Shown: in pieces, positions 16,042 to 25,346 of the stretch
Layout: each line of letters opens with the position of its first letter
Numbering within the stretch: the stretch's first letter is position 1
Origin: a virus
Taxonomy: Duplodnaviria; Caudoviricetes
Reading direction: 5' to 3' (one strand)
DNA: 54,208 nucleotides
Virus record (IMG/VR): IMGVR_UViG_3300029787_000063
Coordinates: 1-54,208 of that record
Notes under the pieces: model-generated
Seen by the model: only the letters and a program-made list of their open reading frames with translations
The model's database searches: none
What the model was told of the DNA's origin: nothing
Translations under genes and position numbers: made by a program

Positions 16042-16416
16042 TTAACATTTCCACCTACGTCTAGCGGCTTTACCTCTTTCACCGGTCCAACCTTTTGATC
16101 TAGCGCAAAATGATTTTCTACGTTTAGCAGCTTTACTTCCTGGTTTTACTTTACCAGTTACTGCTGTTTGTAATTTACTACCTGGATTTTTTCTTTTATA
16201 CTCAGCAACTCCTTTAGATGTCATACCAGCACCTTCTTCTACTGTTCTAAAATTACGACCTTTACCTTTAGTAGTTTTTCTAGGTTCATTGCTTTTTTGT
16301 AATGGTGAGCCACTGTTTCTACGCCTACCACAGCTAGTAACAGGAAAAGGATTATTTTTCTGCACATAACCAGCGGTTTTCTTAAACATACTATTTTGTC
16401 TTTCACTTCCAGGCAT
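16042..16416 (-). CDS. small basic protein (RRKSFCARS motif)
   Basis: 124 aa, K/R-rich; GMTSKGVAEYKRKNPGSKL...RRKSFCARS...ARRRWKC. Confidence 0.75.
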   Translation of the reverse strand: MPGSERQNSMFKKTAGYVQKNNPFPVTSCGRRRNSGSPLQKSNEPRKTTKGKGRNFRTVEEGAGMTSKGVAEYKRKNPGSKLQTAVTGKVKPGSKAAKRRKSFCARSKGWTGERGKAARRRWKC

Positions 16417-16418
16417 AA

Positions 16419-16781
16419 TTAAAAATCACTCATTAATTGATTACTTATTTCTTCTTGTACTTCTTCTCTAGTTGCTATCATTTTAAATGATAAGTCTGCT
16501 TGAAACCTTGCGACTTCTTCTCCGTCTTTAAATATAATAATAGTAGGTACTACAGCTATTTTATGTTCTTTAGCTATATCTGGATTTTTAGCTATATCTG
16601 TTGTGCCTATAGTTTTACAGTCTTCTAAATCCATAATCCATGAAACATCGTTAGCACTATTCCAACCAGCATTAAAATGTTTTACTTCTATTTGACCGTA
16701 AGCTGTGCTAGCAAAAAACACAAATAGCATTACAAATACATAAATAACATATTGTGGCCAAGCTATTTCTTGTTCTTCCAT
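16419..16781 (-). CDS. exported thioredoxin-fold protein lacking CxxC
   Basis: N-terminal hydrophobic segment. HFNAGWNSAN sits at the usual F-x-A-x-W-CxxC position, and IAVVPTIIIFKDGEEVARF is the cis-Pro thioredoxin motif. Confidence 0.8.
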   Translation of the reverse strand: MEEQEIAWPQYVIYVFVMLFVFFASTAYGQIEVKHFNAGWNSANDVSWIMDLEDCKTIGTTDIAKNPDIAKEHKIAVVPTIIIFKDGEEVARFQADLSFKMIATREEVQEEISNQLMSDF

Positions 16782-17062
16782 TATCTATTATATAATTTAT
16801 CTTCTATTTTTTCTAACGTAACTTTTATTTCTTCTACATCTTTTTGTGTAGTCATAATAGTATTACGTATCATTTGGTCTTTCATATCAAACTCCATGCG
16901 GGTTACTTCTGGATCAGGTGGCGCGGGTAATTCTTTTGCCTCAGCAATATCTGCTTGCAAAACGAACCACATACTTATAATAGTTGCCATTGCAGCACCT
17001 ATTCCTACTAAAGTTTTTATACTGATAGTAAAACCAGTGTCTTCATTTAACTCTTTAGCCAT
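16781..17062 (-). CDS. single-TM protein with C-terminal coiled coil
   Basis: TM segment TLVGIGAAMATIISMWFVL, Pro linker and heptad VEEIKVTLEKIEDKL. Confidence 0.75.
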   Translation of the reverse strand: MAKELNEDTGFTISIKTLVGIGAAMATIISMWFVLQADIAEAKELPAPPDPEVTRMEFDMKDQMIRNTIMTTQKDVEEIKVTLEKIEDKLYNR

Positions 17063-17302
17063 TTATTTTCTTTTTACTTCTGTTTTATTATATATTTTAT
17101 CTCTATCTTTTGGATTTTCAAAGTCTAAATATTTTTTCATATTATATTCAACAATAGGCTCGTCTCCTTGTGTTTTAGGATCAGAAAAGTGTTTAAATTC
17201 AGAAACACCTTTACGCATACGAGCTTGTTTAGATCTTAGCTTTGACATGTCTACATCTTTAAACCCGCTAAAACCTTTCATTTTAAATGGTCCTTTTTTC
17301 AT
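17063..17302 (-). CDS. small basic protein with FKMKGFSGF motif
   Basis: MKKGPFKMKGFSGFK; motif shared with 9930..10172. Confidence 0.7.
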   Translation of the reverse strand: MKKGPFKMKGFSGFKDVDMSKLRSKQARMRKGVSEFKHFSDPKTQGDEPIVEYNMKKYLDFENPKDRDKIYNKTEVKRK

Positions 17303-17313
17303 AATTTTTTATT

Positions 17314-18405
17314 TTAAAATATTACGTAGTTAACTCCAAGCTTAAAGTCATACCACTCTCTGTTCCAGTATTTATTGTATTTACCTTCAATAAAATACCC
17401 TAAATTTTTATTTTGTTTTATTCCATATATCAGCCCGCCTGAATAATCGTACCACTGATCATCTTCTATATAATTGTGATAGCTAAATTCACTACCATCA
17501 TTGTAATGCCAAGGCATTAAGTTACCCCAAACATGTAGCCAATTTTTCTTTGTATATTTATAATAATCAAAACCAACAACTATAGAGTGTTGTATTAATT
17601 TTTCTAATTCACTTCTTTTCTTTTGTGTATAATCAGATAACATTTCTGGTATTACAACAGCTTCCCATACCTCAGGACTCGTAGCAACTAAAGTGCCGTT
17701 AGGATCAAAGTATTGATCGTTAGCTACGTCTATAGTATAACCTTCTTGTATTGCTAGATAAGTATAATGTAAATTACCATTTGATAACATTAATTCAGCT
17801 AAAGGATCGTAACCATATGGCTCTGCTAGCCTATGAACCATACCTATATTCCAAGATAAATTTTTATGTTTTCTATATCTATATCTTTCTGATGCTTCAA
17901 AATATTCTACGTCTGCAAAACCATCTTGTAAATACTCAAACTTTAAAGCAAAAAAGTTTATACAAACTTCACTATCACAACCATCATCAGAACTCCAACG
18001 TACAAAATGATGTTGATCCATATAATCAATACCTTCTTGTCTTTTATAATCTACTTCAAATAAATATTCTAAACCTCTAACTTTACCAACTGTAGCGGCA
18101 TCACTATAATTAGTTTCAGTACCATCATAAAATGTATTAGCTTTATTTTCATAACCAAACCTAGCTATTTTACGAAGTCCAATTGTAAAATTATAATCGT
18201 AAGGTGTAGATATAGTTGTAGTTGATAACTTATTATCAACTGAAAATACTTTTACATCAGACAATGATGTACCACCGTTAATAGCAGCATAAAATGTAGA
18301 AAACTTTAATAGTTTTTTAACGTCTAGCTCTTGTGCGCAGCAACCTTTTGGAGCTGAACAAGCTGCTAAAACAACCATTAATAATATTATTATTTTTTTC
18401 ACCAC
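17314..18405 (-). CDS. putative outer-membrane beta-barrel protein (signal peptide, possible lipobox)
   Basis: MVKKIIILLMVVLAAC...AQE signal, aromatic-rich alternating strands and C-terminal YDFKLGVNYVIF; GTG start. Confidence 0.75.
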   Translation of the reverse strand: MVKKIIILLMVVLAACSAPKGCCAQELDVKKLLKFSTFYAAINGGTSLSDVKVFSVDNKLSTTTISTPYDYNFTIGLRKIARFGYENKANTFYDGTETNYSDAATVGKVRGLEYLFEVDYKRQEGIDYMDQHHFVRWSSDDGCDSEVCINFFALKFEYLQDGFADVEYFEASERYRYRKHKNLSWNIGMVHRLAEPYGYDPLAELMLSNGNLHYTYLAIQEGYTIDVANDQYFDPNGTLVATSPEVWEAVVIPEMLSDYTQKKRSELEKLIQHSIVVGFDYYKYTKKNWLHVWGNLMPWHYNDGSEFSYHNYIEDDQWYDYSGGLIYGIKQNKNLGYFIEGKYNKYWNREWYDFKLGVNYVIF

Positions 18406-18416
18406 GATACTTTTTG

Positions 18417-18429
18417 TTTATAATCACTT
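18417..18429 (-). promoter_or_regulatory. candidate phage promoter motif GTRAYTATAAA (copy 1)
   Basis: Minus strand AAGTGATTATAAA in the intergenic gap; similar to the 27576-27590 motif. Confidence 0.35.
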
Positions 18430-18433
18430 GCTT

Positions 18434-21400
18434 TTACAACGATTTACCATCTAAGGTAACTCCAAAGCTTTTCTTTTTATTTTTCTTTTTTTGTTTTTTA
18501 ATTTTTTCTTTAACAGCTTCAACTTCTTTGTTTTCAATACCAACATCCCATTTGCTCCAACCTAAACCTACAGCTAGTCTTTGCCACCACTCATTTTCAC
18601 TATTTAAAGCAGCTCTAATATTTTCAACTTTTCTATGTAATCTAGCTACAGGTATATTAGTTGCGCCTTCTATTAACTGCGCATACGCGCCCCATATAGG
18701 ATTATCTAAATCAAAAGTGTCCATTTCAGGTATTACTTTTTTATTAAACTCTAAACTTTTTTCAAAACCATCAAGTTTTCTTTTCTTAATACCTATAGGT
18801 GGTGATAATTGTATTAACTCTTCACTTATAGTATCTAATTGTTTGTTCCACTTTTTATCTTGATTTTCATGGTACTTTACTAAACCATTTTTAATAGTAG
18901 CAACTATAGCACCAGCAACACCGCTACCTCTTAATATAGTATCTATAGTACCGTTAATAACTCTATCTCTTTTACTTTTGAAAAACTTTTGTGTTTTTTC
19001 GTCTTCTTCATCGTCTTCGCTAAATAACATTGCAAACAATGCTGTTTGTAAAGCACCAAATATTATATTTTGCACGGCGCCATAATATATTATTCTTGAT
19101 ATATTAGACATATCGCTTTTAACTTGACTAGTATATGGCTTTGATTTTCTTCTATTAATTAAATCTAAGCCAGCTTTTTTAATTAATCTAACATACTGTG
19201 ATGGTGTATTTTGAAAAGCTAGTATTAATCTACCCAGTACAGATGCTTGTTGCTGTGAAATCATATCAGGTCTAGCTGACTGCTGTGTAGCTTCTGATAC
19301 TTCTTGAAAATCAGTAAATGCTTTTGCTTCTGCTTCTTTTTGTGATAAGCCGTGTGACTTATATGTGTTAACTCTATTACGATACATACCAGCACCACCT
19401 AATGATATTGCAAAACTATCAGCCATTTGTGTAGGTAAAAAACCTATTTGTAATAAATATTTTACAGCGGCCCTAACTTTACCAGCTGCTGTTTTTGATC
19501 TACCTACAGCTGAAGCTATTTCGTTAGCATTAATATCAAAAGCAACACCAGCTCTTCTTTGTTTTAATACATCAGAATTAAATATCATGCTAAAGTCTTT
19601 CCAAAACTGTGGTTGATTAGCAAACGCTGCCGACGCTTTAAATATATTGTTATCACCAAAGTTTATAAAGTTAACAGTAGATAACGTCTGTAATACAGCT
19701 GATCTAGCATTAAAAAACATTGTAGCACCAATAGATCCATTTAAATAATCTAAAAAGCCATTTACTATTTTGTTTGGCCCAACAGTTCTATTAGTACCAT
19801 TTTTAGTTCTATATAATATATCTTTTAACGCTTCTTTAAAATCAGCACCATATGCAGCTTCTATTTTATTTAAATTTTCTTTATTAAATATTATATCAGC
19901 GTTTTCTTGAAACTCGTTAAAAAACTTAGCCCTACCAACTCTCCCTGTAGCATCTGCTAAATCTGTTCTTATATCACCAGCTTCCCAATGTTCACCTGGC
20001 TCTATATAACCCTCATCCATTCTAGATATTTTACCAATAGTATCTGCAAAAGCTTGTAACTCAGGATCGTTTTTAACTAAATCAGATAATTCTTTTACAT
20101 CGGTTTTTGAAGTACCAGGTATTTCAAAACCAGCTTTATCCCACAAATAAACTCTAACAGCATCTGAATAATAGTAATCACCATCAGGTGTTTTATTTGT
20201 AAGTTTTTTACGTAAATCAGGAAACTGTTTTATTAAGTTTTTATAATCAGTAGCTATAGCTTGCTTAGCAGCTGTTAATTCTTGATACGCTCTGTTTAAT
20301 GGTTTAAGTAAAGCTTGTTCAAAAAACGCTCTATGTTTATTACCTTTTTCACCTTTACCCATAAAGTTGTAAAGTAAACCAGAAAAGTCTTCGTGTGATG
20401 GTGGTACAAAAAATCTAAACTTACCTTTGCCTTCACCACGTTTTCTAGCTTTTGTTTGTGAGTATCTTTTCTTTGATTCAATACCAGTAACGTCTTGTAA
20501 TATTTTATTAAACTCACTATCCATATCTTTACTAAACTGTACTTTAGCTTGTTGTATTTTTGATTTAACATCAAATTGATCAAGCATGTTTTTAACAGCT
20601 TGTACGTTTTGTAATGCGTCGTCTGCAAAATAAAAGTCATTATAACCTTCAGATACTTTATCAGCCATCCAAAGCGCTTTAGCTTCACTAGTACTATTAC
20701 CTAAACCAGTTATATTTTTTAAAGGTATGTTTAAGCCGTTAGCTTTTAAAAAGTCAAATATAGCTTGTTGAGCAGCAGGTGGTCTAGCAGTTAATACAAA
20801 CATGTTTTCTGGACCAAACTTCTTTTGTAGCTTTAATGCTTTATTAAATAATGGCGCTAATTTACCTTTTACAACTCTATTAAAATCTGAAAAGTCAAAC
20901 GTATAACCTTGATCTTGTAAGTCTTGATACGTGCTAGCAAACTGTTCAGCGTTTAAAGTACCTGTCTCACCATCTGGCGATGTGTATTTAACTAAAGACT
21001 CTGTTGTTGCTAATGTATCATCAAAGTCTAATACTGTAATGCCTTTAGCTTCTTTTGAATAACTTGTAGTTCTAGCTTTCAAAGCGGCATTACTAAGTTT
21101 ATTGTTTTTGTTTATATCTTTACTAAAACTTAATTTAGAAATAAATTCACCATATCTAGGTGCAACTTCACCAGCTAATTGTTTTATGATAATTTCGTTT
21201 TGTAAATCTATATTAGCAGAACCATCTTTGTACTTAATATTGTTTACGCCAAAAAATTCAGCTATAGTTACTCCTTCTTTTGCAAAAACATACATGTTTA
21301 AATCTATACCAGAAGCAGCTAATCTAACAACGGATGCATAACCATTAGGAAGTTTAAGTTCTCCACTTAAAAGTCTAGGAACAATTTTTTCATAATAAAT

Positions 21401-24400
21401 ATCTGGCATAGAACTAGCATAACCAGCTTCTTCAATCATTTTATCATGAGGGTTTAAATCACTATCAAGCAATGCGCCTTGCATATAAGACTTGCCTATC
21501 ACTTTCCAAGAATCATCAACTTTACCAAAAAAAGCAGAAGATAATAAAGACTTTCCAATTAAATTTTGAGGATCAGTGTGTTCTTCTTTTATTTTTTGAT
21601 TAAATATAGGTTTGCCGTTTTTTACAGGGAAAAAAGTAAATGGAGCTAAAATTCTAGTAAATACATTTTGTTGTTTACCAGTGTCTAAAATTATTTCTTC
21701 AAACATCCAAATATCATCTGGAAAATTTTGTAAATGAGCTTCTATTGCTTTAAAAAAATCTAACAACAAAGGTAATCTACCTTCGTTAGACTCGTTAAGT
21801 TTTCCTTTTTTCAAATTATTATAATGAGCGCCAGTACCACTATATTTAGTTCTAGCAATATAAGCTTGTTTTACATCTGTTTTATTAATTAAATTATTAA
21901 AATTTGAAACAGACTGAAAAAATCCACCTTCTAAACCACCAGTAGTAGTTATTTTTATTAAATCTCTAAACTGCGGATGTGAATCAAGAAAAGTATTTAA
22001 AACTCTAATACCAGCGTCTCTATAAGTTTCTGTTTTGTTAAATTTAGCATCTAAATCTCTAGATCTATAAGGAACTCTTTTTCCTTTAGAGTTTATTCTA
22101 TAAAATGTTTTTTTACTACTTAATTTTAAACCAAGAGACTCAGATAATATACCTAGTTTATGCTCATATGTTTGTTGCCAGTTTTCTAAAGGATTTGCTA
22201 AAGCTTCTGATTCTTTACTAAACATAATAGAAGATTTACCATCTTTTATACGAGAAATATTTTCTTTTGCTTTAATATTAAGATCTGCTAGTTCTTGTCT
22301 AACAGCTTGGTTTGTTATCATCTTACCTAAAGTATTAGCTAAAGCTAAAACTCTAGCTGATGTGTTTCTATCAGTACGATTAGGCTTGCCATCAACAATA
22401 CCAAACACTTCTAAAAATTGCTTTCTATTTATATTATTTTTTTGTTGTACAGCTAAACCAGCTTTACTACCAGTTTTAGCCATTTTAGCTCTATCTGTTT
22501 TAGTGTAAAAAGCTTTTAACAAACTATTAGGCACACCTGTAGCTGTTCCACTAGCAGTAGCACCTTCAGGTAACATGTTAATTAATAGATCAGCATTTTT
22601 ACTAATAAACATTTGTGATGACTGTAATTCACCTTTAGTTATATTAGCGTTTGTAATTAATTTTTTTGGAGCTATACCAAATAAATCACCAACTATTTCT
22701 GGTACTTTATTTTTTAATGTTTTAAACGTTAGTTTATCTATGTCTAAACTAGGTATTATTTTTTGTATAGCTTTTGAAACTTTATCGGTAATACCTAACC
22801 TATCAGCTAAAACTATTTTTTTAGGTCTAGGTTTTGCTTTAACTTCTGTAGTGGTTTCTTCAGCAGCTATATCAACTTTTTCTGTAACGTCTTGTGTAAA
22901 CTCTTCACCTAGTACTCTTTTCGATGCTTCTATAGCTCTTGCTGGTAAAAACTTATTTATATACGCAGCTAATGGTACGCCAGACTCAGGGTTATATTCT
23001 CTAATTAAATCAAATATACCACGCTTACCAGTTTCTATTTCATCTGTTAATAGTTGTCTATCAAAATTTGGCGCGTCTTTACGTTTATCTACTATTTTAT
23101 TTACTATAGGTTTAAATTGATCTATAATATCCATAGCGCCAGCTTCTCCTACATCATCGTATATACGTTGAACATTGTCAGAAGCTTCTTTAGACATTTG
23201 TATAGTTGCTTTAGGATCAGCTTTTTTAGGTATTAATTTACCTTTAGCACCTTTTCTAGCTACTTTTAATATAGCTTTATTTATTTTTCCATCTTTAACA
23301 CTTTTAGTATAATCTTTTACAAAATTATAAACATCTCTACCAGTGTCAAACTTAATCTTTTTTAAACCTACAGCTTGAAGACTTCTTCTTATTACATCAC
23401 CTATCTTAGTAAAAAAGTTTTCTTCAAATTTTAAACTACCATCTAAAATAGATTCAGACATAATAGTAATAGTTTCTTCACCAAAGTTAGAATCTCTTAC
23501 AAAAGTTCCATCTTCTAACTCTTTACCGTAAGCTCTTAATCTATTTACTAAAGCTGTTTTATCACCTTTAATATTAGACACATGTTCTACTAAAGCATCA
23601 CCTAAAGAGTCTTGTATTTTTTGCTGACCACGCAATGTCTTAAATAAAACAGCATGCATAAACTCGTGAGCAGCTGTACCAAGAGCAGGCTTATCTTTAT
23701 TTAAAATTATTTCAAAAGTACCATCGTCAGCTTGATCTATAAAACCAAATTGTTTAGCAGCTTCAGTTGCATTAAAATTTTCACGCTCAATACTAGATAT
23801 TTCATCAGAAGTCATTTCAGTAACTTTACCAGGTAAGTTACCTTGTTTTATAAACTTTTCAATATTCTCTCTTGAATCGTCAACAGCCATTTGTTTTTGT
23901 GCTTCAACTACTTCTTCAGCTGATTTTTTTCTAGCTTTAACCTCTGATGTTCTACCATCTATAGCAGTGTATTTACCTACTATTTCGTTAATTTGTTTTT
24001 CAATATTTTCTAATCTTGTTGTAGCTCCTGGAACAGTAAATATACCAGTTTTTTTAGTATTTGCTACGGCATCTATTCTTTGTTTTTCTAAATCAACTAG
24101 TTTTTTTCTATCATTTACATCTTCTACTTTAGCATCAATTTGAGTTTCTAAATAAATATCTTTTAATCTACTATCTATTAAGTTAGCAAACTTAGCGTCA
24201 TTTTTTACGTTAAATTTTATTTTACTTTTTTCTTCATTAGTTAACTTATTGCTTTCTATTAAATCTAATATTTCTTTTTTAGATCTTTTTTCACCGTTTA
24301 TATTATATTGACTTTTTTGAAGTGTTCCTCTAACTATTTCACCTATATTTATAATTTGACCAGGACCAGTTACTTCACCTATTGCTTCTAAAGTAGCCTC

Positions 24401-25336
24401 ACCTAAGTCTATCTCTTGCTCAGCACCTATTTGACCGCTAACTTCACCAACAAATCCACCAGTAGTTTCTACACCTGTTGTAGCCACTGTTGCTCTACGG
24501 AATTTACCGGCTTTTACAAGTTGACTACCAACACCTCTTGATATACCAAGAGTTAAAGCTTCAACAGCGCCTATATTTCTACCTCTTGCAACAGCTCTTT
24601 GTTTTAATTTTTCAAGCTTTTCTGCGTCTTCTAAAACAGCTCTTATGTTTTCATTAGTTAACTCAACACCAACTCCTATTTCTTCTTGTAATAACTGCAT
24701 CAATGTTAAACCGGTCTCCATAGAACCAACAAGACCTCCAATAGCACCAGAAATAGCACCCGTAACAGCACCTGCTCCTACAGTAGCTGCTCCAAGAGGA
24801 CCAAGAGTAAAACCTGTTGAACCAATAGCCGCACCACCAGCAGCTCCAATTCCTGCACTAGCAGCTGTAGCACCACGAACTTCACCTGATTGTAAAGATC
24901 CAGCCATAATAACAGAACTACTAACTAAAAATTGAGGCACAAAACCTGGATTATCATATAAAGCTTTTAAAGTACCAAGAATACCTCCTCCATATTTTTT
25001 TTGATCATTTGCAAAACTAACTTGCTCGTTAGTTGGACCGTATTGATTCATTTTATTAGCAGCCTCTACTATACTTGTTAGCTGTTTATCGCTTAAATCA
25101 TCACCTATTTTATATATATCAAAAGCCTCGTCAATAGTACCAGCCGTAGAAGTTGCTTGATTATAAACTTGTACTATATCTTCTATAAAACCTTTGTCTT
25201 CTGGTAATGGAGTAGTAGCTTCTTTCATACCAGCACCAAGCATGTTAGTCATGTATTGATCAAAGTCTATATTATTTTCACTAGCAAAATCTTGTAGTTG
25301 TTGTAAGCTATATTGTTGTCCTTTATATTCAAACAT
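18434..25336 (-). CDS. large multidomain putative ejection/internal virion protein (zincin HExxH, sigma-70 region 2-like and HAD-like domains)
   Basis: 2300 aa, last of three genes following the tail genes. Contains a G/A-rich hydrophobic N-region, AAHEFMHA, IIDQFKPIV...EYNPESGVPLAAYI, and VLDFDDTL...VLTAR...FADD. Confidence 0.8.
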   Translation of the reverse strand: MFEYKGQQYSLQQLQDFASENNIDFDQYMTNMLGAGMKEATTPLPEDKGFIEDIVQVYNQATSTAGTIDEAFDIYKIGDDLSDKQLTSIVEAANKMNQYGPTNEQVSFANDQKKYGGGILGTLKALYDNPGFVPQFLVSSSVIMAGSLQSGEVRGATAASAGIGAAGGAAIGSTGFTLGPLGAATVGAGAVTGAISGAIGGLVGSMETGLTLMQLLQEEIGVGVELTNENIRAVLEDAEKLEKLKQRAVARGRNIGAVEALTLGISRGVGSQLVKAGKFRRATVATTGVETTGGFVGEVSGQIGAEQEIDLGEATLEAIGEVTGPGQIINIGEIVRGTLQKSQYNINGEKRSKKEILDLIESNKLTNEEKSKIKFNVKNDAKFANLIDSRLKDIYLETQIDAKVEDVNDRKKLVDLEKQRIDAVANTKKTGIFTVPGATTRLENIEKQINEIVGKYTAIDGRTSEVKARKKSAEEVVEAQKQMAVDDSRENIEKFIKQGNLPGKVTEMTSDEISSIERENFNATEAAKQFGFIDQADDGTFEIILNKDKPALGTAAHEFMHAVLFKTLRGQQKIQDSLGDALVEHVSNIKGDKTALVNRLRAYGKELEDGTFVRDSNFGEETITIMSESILDGSLKFEENFFTKIGDVIRRSLQAVGLKKIKFDTGRDVYNFVKDYTKSVKDGKINKAILKVARKGAKGKLIPKKADPKATIQMSKEASDNVQRIYDDVGEAGAMDIIDQFKPIVNKIVDKRKDAPNFDRQLLTDEIETGKRGIFDLIREYNPESGVPLAAYINKFLPARAIEASKRVLGEEFTQDVTEKVDIAAEETTTEVKAKPRPKKIVLADRLGITDKVSKAIQKIIPSLDIDKLTFKTLKNKVPEIVGDLFGIAPKKLITNANITKGELQSSQMFISKNADLLINMLPEGATASGTATGVPNSLLKAFYTKTDRAKMAKTGSKAGLAVQQKNNINRKQFLEVFGIVDGKPNRTDRNTSARVLALANTLGKMITNQAVRQELADLNIKAKENISRIKDGKSSIMFSKESEALANPLENWQQTYEHKLGILSESLGLKLSSKKTFYRINSKGKRVPYRSRDLDAKFNKTETYRDAGIRVLNTFLDSHPQFRDLIKITTTGGLEGGFFQSVSNFNNLINKTDVKQAYIARTKYSGTGAHYNNLKKGKLNESNEGRLPLLLDFFKAIEAHLQNFPDDIWMFEEIILDTGKQQNVFTRILAPFTFFPVKNGKPIFNQKIKEEHTDPQNLIGKSLLSSAFFGKVDDSWKVIGKSYMQGALLDSDLNPHDKMIEEAGYASSMPDIYYEKIVPRLLSGELKLPNGYASVVRLAASGIDLNMYVFAKEGVTIAEFFGVNNIKYKDGSANIDLQNEIIIKQLAGEVAPRYGEFISKLSFSKDINKNNKLSNAALKARTTSYSKEAKGITVLDFDDTLATTESLVKYTSPDGETGTLNAEQFASTYQDLQDQGYTFDFSDFNRVVKGKLAPLFNKALKLQKKFGPENMFVLTARPPAAQQAIFDFLKANGLNIPLKNITGLGNSTSEAKALWMADKVSEGYNDFYFADDALQNVQAVKNMLDQFDVKSKIQQAKVQFSKDMDSEFNKILQDVTGIESKKRYSQTKARKRGEGKGKFRFFVPPSHEDFSGLLYNFMGKGEKGNKHRAFFEQALLKPLNRAYQELTAAKQAIATDYKNLIKQFPDLRKKLTNKTPDGDYYYSDAVRVYLWDKAGFEIPGTSKTDVKELSDLVKNDPELQAFADTIGKISRMDEGYIEPGEHWEAGDIRTDLADATGRVGRAKFFNEFQENADIIFNKENLNKIEAAYGADFKEALKDILYRTKNGTNRTVGPNKIVNGFLDYLNGSIGATMFFNARSAVLQTLSTVNFINFGDNNIFKASAAFANQPQFWKDFSMIFNSDVLKQRRAGVAFDINANEIASAVGRSKTAAGKVRAAVKYLLQIGFLPTQMADSFAISLGGAGMYRNRVNTYKSHGLSQKEAEAKAFTDFQEVSEATQQSARPDMISQQQASVLGRLILAFQNTPSQYVRLIKKAGLDLINRRKSKPYTSQVKSDMSNISRIIYYGAVQNIIFGALQTALFAMLFSEDDEEDEKTQKFFKSKRDRVINGTIDTILRGSGVAGAIVATIKNGLVKYHENQDKKWNKQLDTISEELIQLSPPIGIKKRKLDGFEKSLEFNKKVIPEMDTFDLDNPIWGAYAQLIEGATNIPVARLHRKVENIRAALNSENEWWQRLAVGLGWSKWDVGIENKEVEAVKEKIKKQKKKNKKKSFGVTLDGKSL

Positions 25337-25346
25337 TGCTAACTTT

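Noticed and set aside
21010-21035. LDFDD as a virion RNA polymerase DxDxD catalytic motif
   Set aside because: The context is DFDDT with downstream TAR and DD motifs, which is a HAD signature. No RNAP motif was recognised in the giant protein.
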